Source of the DNA: Octopus bimaculoides
Taxonomy: Eukaryota
Direction of reading: 5' to 3'
Assembly: GCF_001194135.2 (NCBI RefSeq)
Contig: NC_068988.1
Span: forward strand, 36,772,719-36,836,718
Length of the DNA stretch: 64,000 bases
Numbering within the stretch: the stretch's first letter is position 1; every line of letters begins with the position of its first letter. Positions 62,661 to 64,000 of the stretch are shown here, piece by piece. The position numbers and the translations under genes are program-made. Under the pieces are notes generated by a model. The model had not been told where the DNA came from, did not search any database, and saw only the letters and a list, made by a program, of their open reading frames with translations.

Positions 62661-64000
62661 ATTCGAATCAGACCACCCAAATGTAAATAAAGTGAGCTAA
62701 AAACATATTTCTTCAAAATTAAATCATTCAAATTTCTTTCGGAAGTTACGATTTAGGCTACGAAGCTCTTAAATTTTGTTACTAATCAGTACATAATGAC
62801 CGGAAATTAAATTGAAAGTGCGTATTTCTGCGACTGTAAAAGGATTTAAGGTCAACATTTATTAAATTTTAAATAAAATGACTGACTGCAAAACTAAGAG
62901 AATCACAAAAATTCATTGAGTAAAATAGCAACGTAATACGATTCAGAATTTTACCTGAACTTTTGCTTCTGACATCTAAAAGTGTATTATTAGTTTTGAA
63001 TAATAATTAAGATCAACGTCAATATGGTGATATTGTAAGAAAAAGTTATTGTGCAAAGAATTAGTTTCAATTTAGAAATTTTGAATTAATTTAAGCGTAC
63101 AACGAACATGTGACCGTGCTGTCAAAGCTCTCACACAACCTTCACTATTAATTTTTTACTATTCTCCCATTATTCTACAATGCGGCCGGTACCATATTAT
63201 AATACAATGTGCTGTGAGGTGTGCAATGTTATTTCAGAACACCCGTCACCAAATTTCAAGCATGGGTATAACAAAAGTTTTCCATTATAGTTTGTGATTA
63301 TATTAATGAGTAAGGTTGATATTTATAATGAATTTTGATGGGTGTGCAGCGCACACCATGCACTCCCTGAACATACGCTCTTTATATATATATACACACG
63401 TATACACATAAACATATATACATAGATACATACACATATACACCTACGCTTACAAGATTATAGCCTTACTAATCGAGGACACTTTTACCTTAAGGATTAT
63501 TTATTATTAGAAAATTAATCTAGGAATAATATTGTTTATTAGGTGGAATAAATAAGGTAAAACTAAATTATTCAACTGAGAGAGAAATAAACATATTCCG
63601 GTGTTTGAATAGATGTTAGTTTAACGTATAAAAGTAATATAATAAAGTTTGGCGATAATTGAAAGAGACTCATATGTAAGGATGCTGTGAAATATAAAGA
63701 ATTGAGAGAAATGTTCAATTCATGTGAACGATTGATACTAACGTTTACTCAATTCTTTAGTTATTAATTTTATACAAGGAAATTTGTGGAAATGTAACGC
63801 TGAAATGTTAATATATGTTAGAAGAAGTTGTAAGTCATGTATTTACATATAATGAAAAGTGTTAAGCGAAAAATTATGGCAAAACCATTTGATAATACAA
63901 ATATATAGGAGGGAAGGGTCAGCGAATAATAGAAGCGTCCATATACATATAACAATATACATACACACTACATGCATTCACAAACACACACACACATATC

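Overview
AT-rich, gap-rich draft eukaryotic scaffold. The dense microsatellites and the tRNA-derived SINE families suggest an octopus genome (inference). No intact protein-coding gene could be identified; a few minus-strand candidate exons are reported at low confidence. The window is mostly decayed transposons: two pieces of a HERO-type restriction-like-endonuclease LINE, three R4/Dong-type LINE remnants, two tandem L1/Tx1-like LINEs, three Penelope-like (PLE) remnants, a Helitron Rep-PIF1 pseudogene, a Helentron-like non-autonomous element, four Tc1/mariner remnants, a Gypsy integrase tail and many SINEs. The most interesting signal is invisible to the ORF track: at least eight type I hammerhead-ribozyme folds from several unrelated repeat families, plus degenerate copies. 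Several have a palindromic stem III, the form known from PLE hammerheads that cleave as dimers. One sits inside a tRNA-headed SINE, and two sit in the arms of a 290-bp inverted repeat. Hammerhead-bearing repeats also form head-to-head fold-back palindromes four times, and two of these turn at an intrinsic RNA stem. All folds were paired by eye; none has been tested.
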